Part shown: piece after piece, positions 63,384 through 64,000 of the stretch | How positions within the stretch are numbered: the stretch's first letter is position 1 | Layout of the letters: every line of letters begins with the position of its first letter | Origin: Moniliella sp. 'wahieum' | Lineage: Eukaryota | Direction of reading: 5' to 3' | DNA: 64,000 nt | NCBI GenBank assembly: GCA_003971905.1 | Contig: RSEE01000004.1 | Span: 806,001 to 870,000 of the forward strand | Position numbers and translations under genes: made by a program | Notes under the pieces: model-generated | What the model was told of the DNA's origin: nothing | Seen by the model: the letters and a program-made list of their open reading frames with translations, nothing else | Database searches by the model: none

Positions 63384-64000
63384 CGGCCCCACGTGTCGGC
63401 CAGCGGTCGCGGGACATGGATCCACGCGAGACAGAAGGGGGAGGGGGGGGAGGGAAGGGCGGGGGCGCGCTGCGGGAGGTGGTGGCGTGCGGGAGCGCGT
63501 CGGAGAGCCCGCGCGCCATAAGCCATGACGAACATCCACAGCACAGCACAGCTGGGCACAACCCACAAGCGGCACAACCGGGGCCAGGCTGCACATGCGA
63601 CGCATCACACAGGCGCCCGGCGGTGGCGGATTCGGAGCTCGAGAGCAGCCCAGTGCGCCGCACCAGCCCCGCGTCGAGCAGTGTGCTTGCGTAAGAAACG
63701 AGGCTTGAAGCTTGAAGGCGGTATCTTCCTGCGCTGCGCGGGCGGCGTAGGGCTCGGGCCGCGCTCTCAGGCCGGGCGCTGAGCGGCGCTGCGCTGAGCC
63801 TCAGCCAGGCAGCGCAGGGGCGCTGAGGCCTCCTGGGCTCAGGTCGGCCTGAGAAAGGCGCTCGCTCAGCTGAGCGGCTGCGTGGCTGAGGCTCAGCGCT
63901 TCACGCGCTAAGCCCTGGAATGCGAACGTTTCAAGTTGGCACGAGGTTTACGCGTTTTGAAATTTGACCCCGTCTCCAACAAATGCATCCCTGGCGGCAG

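Overview
Eukaryotic, GC-rich, intron-containing fungal DNA. It is most likely a basidiomycete: introns are short, GTRYGT...CTRAC...YAG, and both tRNAs carry introns. Nearly every CDS is broken by 1-bp indels, which looks like an unpolished long-read assembly, so CDS boundaries are approximate. Recognisable genes: a partial degenerate ABC-type domain, a very large Pro/Ser-rich coiled-coil gene, tRNA-Pro(AGG), prefoldin 4, tRNA-Cys(GCA), a HECT E3 ligase, a GH5 glucanase, a dual-specificity phosphatase, a divergent GT2 glycosyltransferase / acyltransferase-3 pair, a CxxC-repeat (SSUH2-like) protein, a small secreted protein, U2 snRNA, an EEP-family hydrolase, a JMJD7-like dioxygenase, an FHA protein and a C2H2 zinc-finger factor. 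Mobile DNA: three copies of a short LTR (one a solo LTR with a perfect 4-bp TSD) and five copies of a Helitron-like 5' terminus. The most striking unexplained signal is a sequence-independent repeat grammar found across the intergenic and promoter DNA. It consists of 7-nt-periodic arrays of TNA + a 4-bp palindrome, where the palindrome is built from the 2 flanking bases. One such unit is present in one LTR copy and absent from its paralog, which points to an active process that writes these units at TNA sites.
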